DNA of 64,000 nt from Mytilus californianus. Lineage: Eukaryota. The stretch lies in NCBI RefSeq assembly GCF_021869535.1, contig NW_026262679.1, forward strand, positions 82,398,001-82,462,000, read 5' to 3'. The position numbers and the translations under genes are program-made. This document shows, piece by piece, positions 1 to 10,810 of this stretch (position 1 is the first letter of the stretch; every line of letters starts with the position of its first letter). The notes under the pieces are model-generated. The model had not been told where the DNA came from. It saw only the letters and a program-made list of their open reading frames with translations, and made no database searches.

Positions 1-1519
1 TTTGGAATTAGTTGTCATTACAAAAGTCAGTATTCCTATGATAGGGTTAGTGCGGTTCCTCCATCACTATCAGCTTTTCACCTTTTGGAGTTTTGCCTCA
101 ATGTCAGCAAGACGATCTTTGAATCCACACTTTGTTGAATAGTCCCGCCAATATATACCAAAAAAGTCTCTGTGCCATCGGCATGGACATATTGACAATT
201 TTATAGCAGCACGATCAACAGAAAACAATGTCACTTATGTGTATTTATAAAATAGTCCTCCTGGAACATGTGGAAAGGTTGATAAACAGGCCTCACTGCC
301 CTCACTGGCCTCAGTGCTGTGGATAAATTCAAGGTGGTGGTTGTGTCCTTTGTACAAAGATAAACCTTGTCTAACAGATGAGTTGCATAGTGATTTGATT
401 GTTCACAACAACCTCCAAGATGAGAAAAATCGGACCGAACAGAGACGTCTGCTTTTCACTGGAAGCTGCCATATTGCCAGTGAAAGATTTCCACTAAGGG
501 AGACAATTTAACACAAAAATAACATTGAGGCTACCTTTGGGTAACTTAATGTTAAATTTTGCAAATTAACAAGAAAAAAACCACACATTTGGCCAGAAAT
601 ATTTTTCAACATAAAATAAATCAATTTTAGCCCAGTTACCACCTACTTTAAGTAATTTTAGTTAAATAACTAGAAACAAAAACTATTAGAATTATTGCAT
701 TTTATGGTTATTTTAAGAGTATTTTTGATCACTTTTCCATTATTTGCCAAGCTAAATTTTTTTACCTGTCTTAGAACTGATATACACCTTTCAAAATATT
801 ATAAAAGTTAAGAATAAAAAATATGATCTTAAGAGAAAACTGCTATTGAGTACATGTAGTATATACAAGTTGTTTATTACATCTGTTGCACGAACTTTCT
901 GGCAACCTGCCAAAAGGTCAGAAATTCTCAAAAAAGCTATTTTTTTGGTTATTAACTAATGTTCCTTTAAAATATGATAAAAATAATATTTCATTTAAGA
1001 GCTATATCAATTATCCAGACCCTTAAAAAGTGCCTAAATAAGGTGTATTTTTTAGCCATTTTTTAAAATAATTCACTAATATGCAAATTAGGCGGTTTAA
1101 TGCAAAATAGCGCAAATTAACAAAAAAATTTTTTTTATCTTAACTCCTGAATACCTAAAGTTTTTGGAAATATATATAATTTTGGCAAGTTGTAACTACC
1201 AATTTGGACGAAATTTGGGATTTTGCATGGTTTTATGGCAGACTGGCTCTTAATGTAGGAAATCCAAAATAATACCTTACATTTACACTGAAAAAGAAGA
1301 GATACAGTGCATTAATTCATGACACATTCCCTATATACATATACATTGTACTTGACAAAATCCAAAGCACAGGAAATTTATTTTATGGCTGTTCTTCATC
1401 TCATAGACGTTCTGATGCATGTAACAGAGAGCAAAAGTTCATACATCACTGCAAGATAAAGATGTATCCTAGCACAAGTTGTGATATTCTTTGCTGCATG
1501 TTGACAATGCTAAATCTTT

Positions 1520-1735
1520 AACATATGGAGCAGGATCTGCTTACCTTTCTGAAGCACCTTCGATCATCCCTGGTTTACGGTGGGGTTCGTATTTCTCAGT
1601 CTTTAGTTTTCTATGTTGTGTTTTGTATACTGTTGTTTGTCTTTTGGTGGTTTTTCGCTTTTTTGCCATGGCGTTGTCAGTTTGTTTTTGACTTTTGAGC
1701 TTGAATGTCCCTTTGGTATCTTTCACCTCTCTTTT
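1520..1735 (+). mobile_element. 3' UTR fragment of Penelope-like family 4
   Basis: GGAGCAGGATCTGCTTACC...GGGGTTCGT...GCCATGGCGTTGTCAG...TTGAATGTCCCTTTGGTATC matches the sequence that follows the RT remnant at 43050-43992. Confidence 0.8.
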
Positions 1736-1784
1736 ACAACCACTAAATTGATGTCTCAACTTGTTAACTTTTTCCGAATCATCT

Positions 1785-2432
1785 GAAGCATACAATTTAT
1801 GAAATTACAAACTAGCATCACAAGACAAGTTCTACAAATAAGTCTGCATTGTCGAAATCGTCAGTCGACTCCTTATTAGAGTTATTGCCTTTTGATGACG
1901 ATTTTTACCATGTTTTTGCCTTATATCTTAGTAAAATATAATAGAAAGATAGAAACTTAAATAAGCAAAAATTATCAGCAAGACAAGATCTACGACTAAG
2001 ACAATATGGAGGAAATTGTCCGACTACTCCTTATTGGAGTTATTGCTCTTTAATGACGATTTTTACCATTTTTTTGCGTTTTGTCTTATATGATAAAAAT
2101 TATAATAGGTAAATAGACACTTTAAATCACAAAAATGATCATCAAGGCAAGATATACTGACAAGTCAAATTTTTATCGATATAGTTAGTAGACTCACTCT
2201 TTACAGGAGTGATTGCCCTTAAATGAGGATTTATTTTACCCTCTTTTGTGTTTTTGAGCAAAAACTAAAGAAGATAGAGAGAAACTAGACAGACTAAAAG
2301 ATCAGCAATACAAGATCAACAAAACAGATTTTTGTCATGAATTCTATTCTCGTCTACAATGTTGGAGAGTGTCCTTTTTTGAATATGCACATAGAACAAG
2401 GTGAGCGACACAGGCTCTTTAGAGCCCTAGTT
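1785..2432 (+). mobile_element. Helentron/HINE-like non-autonomous element with ~3 internal ~165-bp tandem repeats
   Basis: Degenerate units ACTCCTTATT(A/G)GAGTTATTGC...GACGATTTTTACC recur near 1866, 2025 and 2195. The element ends in GGTGAGCGACACAGGCTCTTTAGAGCCC, with a GGCTC/GAGCC hairpin also seen at 46700 and 60231. The class assignment is inferred from architecture. Confidence 0.6.
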
Positions 2433-2436
2433 TGTA

Positions 2437-2730
2437 TTCCCAATTTTTGACATTTTTACCTATAATGTCTGTTTGATTTGCTCACACATTGTTGTCAATA
2501 TAACGGAATTCTATGCGACTGTCATACAAGTGAGAGGTTTAGCTAACTATGAAACCAGGTTTAATCCACCATTTTCTACATAAGGAAATGCCTGTATCAA
2601 GTCAGGAATATGACAGTTGTTTTCCATTAGTTTGATGTGTTTGAGCTTTTGGTTTTGCCATTTGATAAGGGACTTTCTGTTTTGAATTTTCCTTGGAGTT
2701 CGGTATTTTTCTTCTTTTTTTTCCATACTA
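2437..2730 (+). mobile_element. Repeat family 3 (probable retroelement 3' region) carrying a twister-like motif
   Basis: Homologous to the reverse complement of 41990-42350. Contains the motif at 2518-2617. Confidence 0.75.
2518..2617 (+). ncRNA. Candidate twister ribozyme, type P5 (family 3 copy)
   Basis: Parse: ACTGTCATA|CAA|GTGA|GAGGT|...GTT|TAA|TCC|AC|CATTTTC-loop-GGAAATG|CCTG|TATCAAGT|CAGG|AA|TATGACAGT. P5 is a perfect 9 bp, P4 is CCTG/CAGG and P3 is 7 bp. P2 is imperfect and P1 is non-canonical. Confidence 0.6.
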
Positions 2731-2829
2731 ATGGCAATAGCAATATTCTGTCTCATTTCTAAATATAAAACCATAAATCCGACATCAACAACAATGCAAA
2801 TGCCATTGTTTACCAGCATTTTAATCAGT

Positions 2830-4020
2830 CTGATCATTCAATCCTTTATATGCCAGTTACTACAGGACAACCATCTTCATCTTGCAACACCTCTCCGTAG
2901 ACGCAGTCATGGTCATCGACATTATACACCACCTACTCTTCATGATGTCTCTATTAATGACCTTCTGCCATTGATACTAAAGCCGTTAGATATTCATCAT
3001 ATTCGAACAAGGCTTTATTCACTACCCCTTTCAAAACTTCAATCTCTGTACAGCTTGTGATTGGAAACCACTGTTAAAAAAATCCAGTCAAACCAATACA
3101 AACTCACAGCTATCTTTTCGGATATTGCCAGTCACAGACTTTTCAGACAAGTCCACATTGGAAAAGATGAAAAGGAGAAAATATTCTTCATAACACTTTC
3201 CTTTGACAACAAAGGTCTCGATGCCATCATCTTGGGAAATATCTTTAATCATAAATCAGTTCTCTCGAAATAATCTCCTTTCTGTAAAGATCAGTTTGTA
3301 CCTATCATGTCGTATACCTATACCAAACCAATTGCAACTAAAATTTCCAATCACAAACACGTGTTGCAAAATCTCAATATTGACGTGCCAAAACCCCATT
3401 CATACATAATCCTGCTGGCGACGTTTATACTGGTGACATGAACATTTTCAATAACACTTCTCTGCGAAATTTGTTATCCAAAGGCCCGAAATATCGTTGG
3501 CCTAAATCCATCAATTCAGGAGTGGAGACACAACTTCAAAATACTGATGGATTCAGGCAATTGACTAAACTCGAGAAGTTATATGAAGATACTCTTTCCG
3601 AAAGCGTAAAGGCTGTGAGGTCGTTTTAAAAAAAACTTACTGAAGTCTATGAATACACATGCTACATCGATATTTAAAGACCCAAATGTTGCAAAGCACC
3701 TGTCCTACCTCCATGACAAATATGTTGTAATCCGTGCAGATAAAACCCACAAAACAACATTGTTTTTGTGTTTAAATCAAATTACAGAAACAGCTTGATA
3801 AAAGAATTAGGTATTGACAATTCACTGGAAAACTCAATGTATACCCACACGACATTTACCAAGGAGGAAATCCGGAATAATCGTAGATCTGTTCAAAGAT
3901 GAAGAACTGGATATTCCTTCACTGCATTGGGTCCCTTAATTACATTAGTGTCATTACACCCAACGTTATATTGCTGGTTTCTCCAAATGCTCCACGAAAC
4001 CTCTTTATCTAAAATCTATT
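2830..4020 (+). pseudogene. Frameshifted N-terminal part of a Penelope-like retroelement ORF
   Basis: Fragments LSFDNKGLDAIILGNIFNHKSV, PIMSYTYTKPIATK, SLRNLLSKGPKYR, FKDPNVAKHLSYLHDKYVVIRADK and DIPSLHW resemble the region upstream of the PLE RT core. A paralogous fragment lies at 12050-12900. Confidence 0.7.
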
Positions 4021-4039
4021 TTATCAGCAATCAAAGCAA

Positions 4040-4190
4040 AAATCTAGAAATGATTGGCAGGGTGCCCGGCCTCCCTTTTTATGGGAAAAATTTGGTTGAT
4101 TATATAGGAAATCACTGAAGCATGACCGGATTGGGCCCCTCTTATGCAGTCATTGCCCCCCCTTTATGAAAATTTCTGGAGCCGCCACTG
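4040..4190 (+). mobile_element. MITE fragment (3' terminus)
   Basis: Ends in ...GAAAATTTCTGGAGCCGCCACTG, which looks like a TIR-type terminus. The 5' end is missing. Confidence 0.4.
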
Positions 4191-4529
4191 CGGATCTTCT
4201 TACTCTTTCGGGACACCTGAGATCATCATTAGTGTTTAAAAAGAGGTACATTTGCTCTTGCTTTAGTTTTTATTGTTGTTCTCTTGGCCTTTTATTTTTT
4301 GAATGTCTGTGATGGTTTTATCGGTAACAGTCTTGTCTATTCTTTATCATGAAAAACTTGTTTCAATTTCAAAATTTTACATCCGGTCAAGTTTCAAGGT
4401 TAGAAAATTTACATGACCGATAGTTTATAAATTTGATGATGTCGTAGGGCTAGATTATAGTTAATTACCAATCCTCTATTGCGTGATGCCTAATCACTTG
4501 GTATAACTTATCAAAGTATTTTATAGGAG

Positions 4530-4760
4530 TAACACGACGGGTGTCATGTGGAACAGGATCTGCTTACCCTTCCAGAGCACCAGAAATTACCTCCCGGTGT
4601 TTTCGTAGGGTCCGTGTTGCTCAGTCTTGTTTTCTATGTTGTGATTTGTATACTGATGTTTGTCTTTTGGTTGTTTCTAGTTTTTGGCCATGGCATTGTC
4701 AGTTTGTTTTCGACTTATGAGTTTGAATATCCCTTTGGTATCTTTCACCTCTCTTTTGCA
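4530..4760 (+). mobile_element. 3' UTR fragment of Penelope-like family 4
   Basis: AACACGACGGGTGTCATGTGGAACAGGATCTGCTTACCC...TTGAATATCCCTTTGGTATCTTTCACC. Confidence 0.8.
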
Positions 4761-5139
4761 TTGGAGTCTGAGAATACATATGAGGGGTAGTAGCAACAAA
4801 TTACTGACAATGAAAGATTAAGAAATTTATCGCATATTGTCACATTGCCAAACATTTTCATTAGGAAAAACATTAGCAATACCTCAGGAAATGGTTTCAA
4901 AAGATATAATTTAAGCGTAGCTACCATTAACGCGCTTGCGTGCACAAAAACTTGAGACAATGAAGAGAGAGATCTCGTTGTGGTATAATTATCACGCGTA
5001 CCCTTATTCGTATTTTACTGTCAAGTTCCATATATCGTAATTGTAAACCATATATTTTGTATGACATGGTTTCATTCACAGCATGTTTTATAAATACCGT
5101 AAAATACTGATTATCTCTCTATGACAAGGGTGTCTATAT

Positions 5140-6130
5140 ATAAAAGACGCAAAACAAAATCAACGAAAAAACAAAGCGATACGAAATAGGAATCAACGAA
5201 ACAAAAAGAAATAAAACGGAATAATTCGCTTTTTTCCGTTTAATTTTTCAAATGGGTTGATCAGTTGATGTCCTTATCCGTTCTGATTCATATTACATCC
5301 ATATCTGCATAAGTTAAGATAAATTTTACTTTATTTTCTGATTTAAAATAAAACTCCAAGAGTTGTATAATAAATGACGTATGGCCAGAACAAGTTTATG
5401 AATAGGAAGGAAAACCTAGAGAAGAGGCATGACTACATGTGTAGGGACAGGGAGACGAATAAAAGAGAACAATGGCAAAGAAGAGGAAAGAAAAATAAAA
5501 GCAAAAGGTAGACAGCAGAAAATTAAAATTGGTGGCGTGCTCGCCTCGATTGCGGGAGGTCGCGGGTTATTTATCCGGCCAGGTCAAAGTCAAACCATAG
5601 CTTGAACATGGTTAGTATTTTCTGCTTCCCTGTCATTTAGCGGATTTTAGAAGTAAGAGCAACAGATGGTCTGCTCGGAGTCGGAATAATGTGTCCTGGT
5701 AGCGTGACAGGTCTGTTTGCGGACTGTTGCCTTGTTAGTAGCACGTTAAAAATCCGACTTATCATGTCTATCTAAAACAGCACAGGGTTCATATTCGAAA
5801 CACCTTAACGTGTTTTCGTCTCGATATGCGTGTACTATTTGCCATTGGACGCCGAACAATAATTTATCAGCATCATTCAAATGATTCTTTCTACCTGCTA
5901 TTTATAACAATTTCTTTTTACAACCCATTATTAGTCTAACAATCAAACGGAAAGGAGCGAATACTAGTATATATATTTCGTTATCATAAAAAATATTTTG
6001 ATTCATTTTATTTCGTTTAGCTCATTTTTAACAATTTTATTTTAATTCTTTTCTTTTCGTTTCGTTGATTTCTTTTTCTTTCGTTGATTTAGTTTCTTTT
6101 TTTTTTCGTTCTGTTCCTATTTTGGTTTTC
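5140..6130. mobile_element. Degenerate inverted-repeat element with AATCAACGAAA subterminal repeats, hosting a SINE
   Basis: AATCAACGAAA repeats at ~5159-5200 are mirrored by TTTCGTTGATT repeats at ~6058-6090. AAACGGAA...TTCCGTTT lies at 5213-5260. Confidence 0.4.
5530..5860 (+). mobile_element. tRNA-derived SINE (mollusc-type body)
   Basis: Decayed tRNA-like head GGTGGCGTGCTCGCCTCG...GGTCGCGGGTT, then body AGTAAGAGCAACAGATGGTCTGCTCGGAGTCGGAATAATGTGTCC...GCGGACTGTTG. A more decayed copy lies at 48775-49030. Confidence 0.6.
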
Positions 6131-6673
6131 ACTTTATTGACACCTCTCTGCAAAGACGCTTATATTATAGACAACACAACAATACGTTTTGGTATATAGC
6201 AATAATGAAATCAAATGCAAATAAAAATAGAATTTATACCATGAAATGTTACAAGTCATTTCCTCCTTACTATAGCAAACGACTAAAATAGCAGGATATG
6301 GGAGTTTTGTGTAAAAGTGAATAACAAATTGGTATACGTCACTTGAAAACACCAGCAAAAAAATATATCAACAAAATAGATTGATATGCAGAAAAGGCAT
6401 ATATTTATCCTGCAATCGACCTTTCTACTGTACTGATACAGGTGTACAGATAACACGAAGCAATATACGTATACTAGACGTATATAATCTCCTGGTATCC
6501 TGCTTCTGTTGCGAGCGAACGGTTATGTCAAATTACTGTTTACGTCACAGTTCAATTTGGGGTCCTCATTGCAGTCCGCGTTTAAGTCATGTCGATTTCT
6601 TTCAAAAACAAATTCAACGATTGGGATGGAAAAAAAAGTACAAAATTAATTGCAAGATAACGACAATACTAAG

Positions 6674-6811
6674 TAACTGTTTAGTGTCTTTAAATATCAG
6701 CTGTATTTGTACTCGGCTCGAAACAGGAGTAATAGCTCGCTAAAGCTCGCATCATACCTGTTTCTTAGCCTCGTACAAATACAGCTGATATTTAAAGACA
6801 CTAAACAGTTA
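6674..6811. repeat. Perfect 39-bp inverted repeat (palindromic MITE-like core)
   Basis: 6674-6712 TAACTGTTTAGTGTCTTTAAATATCAGCTGTATTTGTAC is the exact reverse complement of 6773-6811. Further inner pairing GAAACAGG/CCTGTTTC. Confidence 0.9.
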
Positions 6812-7325
6812 TTGTCTATATAATACGTACACATTGAGATGACAAAGCACAATGGCATGTGCGCCATATTCTGAAATTTGTTAGAAAGAGTGTTAATTTT
6901 TTAACATGCATAGACATAAAATTCAAATCGTCATATCCATTCAAAGACAACATTTATGAATTGAAAGCTTTCGTGACATTAATTGTGCAGAAATTGTATC
7001 ATGCCTATGACTATGACATGTATTGGCGTAAGAGCCACACATTTTGTTTGTACTTATTTTTTTTTTTTATCAATATGCAGCGAAAAATACTTTTATCACA
7101 TATCGGCGTAACAAGTGTCTAATGCCATGTATAATTAAAGTAAGACAATATGCATATATTCAAAATACTAAATATTTTATACCCAATGGAGTACATACAT
7201 ACTATTGGAAAGTACAATACCTAATGCATTGCTTCTGTTTAAATTTTACTGACACCTGTTGATATGAAATATCATTTATATGGTCATATTAATAATCCAA
7301 TGTTTACAAAACTTTTGAATGTTCG

Positions 7326-7604
7326 TTATATTAAGCCCTCCCCCATTAGCCCAATAATCAGCACTTCTGCGTTGATATGATTATCATTGATATGTTCATA
7401 TTTATTAATTAACTGTTTACAAAACTTTGAATTGTTTGTATGCGAGGATTTTCTACCCAAGAAATAGAATACCTTAGCCGTATTTGGCAAATTCTTACGG
7501 AATTTTTTGGCCCTCAAAGCTTGTTCAAATTGTACTATTACTTTATTTGTTTTTTTTAAACTTTTTTGATTCGGGCGTCACTAATGAGTCTTTTGTAGAC
7601 GAAA
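7326..7604 (+). mobile_element. Retrozyme fragment ending in a damaged type I hammerhead
   Basis: Body shared with 10640-10760. Ends GGCGTCA-CTAATGA-GTCT-TTTGT-AGAC-GAAA (7581-7604), with CTGATGA mutated to CTAATGA and truncation after GAAA. Confidence 0.75.
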
Positions 7605-7884
7605 AAAGTATAACAAAAATACAGGATTCCAAGGCAAATCTGAAAAGGGGAAGTCCATTAAACTGACAAAATGAAACACTATCAATCAACGTAAAAAATG
7701 GGGGGGGGTAAAGCTAGCTAAACTCCCCATTTGTATGACAGTTGTTTATAGTTCCGTTAAACTGACAAAACTGGGCGAGCAATCCAAACCTTAGATTGCT
7801 ATAACACATTATTATAGTAATTTCAGCCCAAATAGACATAAAAGGTTGATTGATGTGACAATAATTGGGATCCAGCGGCCAAAA

Positions 7885-9295
7885 ACAGTGTAATAAAATT
7901 GAGAATGGAAATGGGGAATGTGTCAAAGAGACAACAACCCGACCATAGAACAGACAACAGCAGAAGGTCACCAACAGGTCTTCAATGCAGCGAGAAATTC
8001 CCGCACCCGGAGGCGTCCTTTAGCTGGCCCCTAAACAAATATATATACTAGTTCAGTGATAATGAACGCCATACTAAACTCCAAATTGTACACAAGAAAC
8101 TAAAATTAAAAATAATACAAGACTAACAAAGGCTAGAGGCTCCTGACTTGGGACAGGCGCAAAAAAGCGGCGGGGTTAAACATGTTTATGAGATCTCAAC
8201 CCTCCCCCTATACCTATAGCCAATGTAGAAAATATAACGCATAACAATACGCACATTAAAATTCAGTTCAAGAGAAGTCCGAGTCTGATGTCAGAAGATG
8301 TAACCAAAGAAAATAAACAAAATGACAATAATACATAAATAACAACAGACTACTAGCAGTTAACTGACATGCCAGCTCCAGACTTCAATTAAACTGATTG
8401 AAAGATTATGTCTTCATCATATGAATATCAGGCACAATACTTCCCGTTAGGGGTTTAGTATCATACCATCATAACATATATGAGAAGAACATAACCCGTG
8501 TCATGCCAACAACTGGTTTTTAAATAAATGTGTTTAGTGTCGATGCAAAGACCCTATAAGTGAATCAATATTAACGCCAAAATATGCAATCTTTAATGAC
8601 CTGACAACAGTATCGTAACTATATCCCTTCTTAATAAGTCTATTTAAAGGTTTTGTTAGCTTCAGAGGTGAATACTGACATTTTTGTGCTTTATAAAGAA
8701 TATTTCCATAAAAAATTGGATGTGAAATACCTGAACGTATAAGAAGTCTGCATGTTGAGCTATATTTACGAATGATGTCCTTATACCGATGATAAAATTT
8801 AGTAAATGTTTTGCCTAGTTTGTGATATCGAAAACCCTGGTGTAATAATTTTTCAGTAATACATAAATTTCTCTCGTTAAAATCTAAAACATTGTTACAT
8901 ACACGAGCGAATCGTACAAGTTGAGATATATAAACACCGTAAGATGGTGACAAGGGAACGTCACCATCTAAAAATGGATAATTAACGATAGGAAATGAAA
9001 AATCATCTCTTTTATCATATATTTTAGTATTAAGCTTTCCTTTAATGATATAGATATCAAGATCGAGGAAAGGGCAGTGGTCATTGTTAGTATTAGCTTT
9101 ATTTAAAGTAAGTTCAACAGGATAAATTTCTTTAGTATACATACTGAAGTCGTCATTATTGAGAGCCAAAATATCATCCAAATATCTAAAAGTATTATTA
9201 AATTTGTGTATCAGATGTTGTTTCGATGGGTCTTTGCTGATTTTTGTCATAAATTGTAACTCATAGCAATACAAAAAAAGGGTCCGCAATATAAA
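7885..9295 (-). mobile_element. 5'-truncated Penelope-like retroelement, family 1 (RT C-terminal half plus complete 3' region)
   Basis: ORF 9298-8534 has FRYLDDIL (RT catalytic YxDD), KIYDKRDDFSFPIVNYP and YGVYISQLVRFAR. RT is the last domain, with no C-terminal GIY-YIG, which fits Naiad-type organisation (inferred). It is followed by ~650 nt of 3' sequence. Confidence 0.85.
8131..8221 (-). ncRNA. Candidate twister ribozyme, type P5 (family 1 copy, core intact)
   Basis: Minus strand: GGCTATAGGT|ATA|GGGG|GAGGG|TTGAGATCTCATAAACATGTT|TAA|CCCC|GC|CGC-T6-GCG|CCTG|TCCCAAGT|CAGG|A|GCCTCTAGCC. This matches the twister core UAA-P2-GC...UCCCAAG(C/U)...GAGGG. Predicted cleavage is between 8178 and 8177. 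Confidence 0.7.
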
Positions 9296-9789
9296 CATAA
9301 ATCACAGACATACAACAGAACTGACTGATGAAAATTTAAACAAACAATATCTAACAAATACGCAAAAAAAGGTGTTGTGGTAGATAGTAAATATGAAAAA
9401 TCCGCCAACCAAAAGTTTTTGTCGTTGATAGTAAATTGTCAAAGACGCCGATAAAAAAGTTTTTGTCGTTGATAGTCAATACCATATATAGTATACGCTT
9501 CCTCGATAAAGTAAAAATGAAGTAAATTATAAATACAAGGGTACACAAAATAGGAACGACACTGTACAAAACCCTTGTGTGGGAACCGCACCCCATGACC
9601 GACCTGCATCAGGCACGCCCAAGGTAAAACACCCAATGGCGGAATGCATACAAACCGATTCACGTCAACAGTCATACGACCAAAACAAACACTCTCATAC
9701 CACATCTTCCTATATCTAAGACAGCACAAAGACAAATAACGGGAAAAACTAAAGTTAAAAGATACACAACTTAAGCACATAGAATTTAT

Positions 9790-10300
9790 AACACACGACC
9801 ATCTTGTATTATTTGCGAAGTGGTCTAAGTAGCAGCTGTAAGCTCTTGAATATAGTATGAATTGAGAAACGTATATTTCATACGCGGGTGATTTGGTATA
9901 TTACTGCTAAGGTGAGGTAAATTTATAATTTCAAAATTGTAATCGTCTCGTTTGTCATAGATTCTGGAACTGAGATGACCGCTGTTGTCAAATTCGAGGT
10001 AAATGTTTAGAAATGAGGCAGATGAAGCTGTATCTGTGGTTTCTTTAATCTCTAGTTCAGGAGGACATATTAATGGGACCCAATCAGAAAAGTCTGGACT
10101 GTTAATGGAAAGAACATCATCAATATACCTGTATGTCATATTAAATAATCTAGCTTATTTAATCTTCTTGGTTTTACAAGTGTCTGCATGAAGGAACTCC
10201 GACTCATATGAAAATAAGGTCGGCCAGGAGAGGTGCACAGATGGTCGGTATAGGAATGCCGACAACCTACTGGAAAAATCAACCTCCAAATTCAACGAAT
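9790..10300 (-). pseudogene. Frameshifted Penelope-like RT fragment
   Basis: TYRYIDDVLSIN, ELEIKETTDTASSASFL and RIYDKRDDYNFEIIN in ORF 10139-9825, with frameshifts on both sides. Confidence 0.85.
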
Positions 10301-10546
10301 AGGTTGTTAGTGAGAAACTCAAACATACTGATCACTTGTTTTTCTGTGTAGGTTTTTTTCGGGCTCATTTTTAACAAAATGTGCAGAATTATACCCCAAA
10401 ACAGTAGCATATGGTACCATTTTTATGGAGGGAAAGCATTGTAGATTATTTCTTTAAGTAGGGTTTTAATATTCATGTGGTATGGTAGTGTAAAGGGTGG
10501 ACAAATCGAGATTTTAAATTTTCCAAAATTTCTTTTGAATTCTTAA

Positions 10547-10810
10547 GAATCGCGCGTCTGGCGTACAAAATTATAAGCCTTGTTATCTTTGTTAAGTTTT
10601 TTACAACCACTGGTGGTGGAGGTTTCCTGCCTTAGGGTATCACCATCCCAGTAATCAGCACTTCTGTGTTGATATGACATATAATTGATATGGTCATATT
10701 TATAGATTCGCTGTCTACAAAACTTTGATTTGTTCGAAATACTAAGTATTTCTACCCAAGGAAACGCACGTCTGACGAACAACATTATAAGCCTTGTATT
10801 TTTGATGAGT
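10547..10810 (+). mobile_element. Retrozyme fragment flanked by direct repeats of the hammerhead 3' half
   Basis: GAATCGCGCGTCTGGCGTACAAAATTATAAGCC at 10547 and GAAACGCACGTCTGACGAACAACATTATAAGCC at 10761. Confidence 0.7.

Noticed and set aside
1-511. Relatively GC-balanced stretch that looked coding (ORF 314-511)
   Set aside because: No frame gave a recognisable domain or convincing splice pair. It may be a decayed element cut by the window edge.
560-1250. Possible DNA-transposon remnant ending ...GGCAGACTGGCTCTTAA
   Set aside because: No matching opposite terminus or second copy was found in the window, so it is not listed as a feature.
1491-1795. Short ORFs such as 1491-1691, 1541-1795, 4548-4790, 13292-13587 and 43753-43998
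   Set aside because: These are translations of the same non-coding family 4 repeat in different frames and strands.
8534-9298. GIY-YIG endonuclease or selenoprotein/SECIS features in the PLE fragments
   Set aside because: All copies are truncated or frameshifted and none of these features is visible, so the Naiad assignment remains an inference from RT similarity and its C-terminal position.
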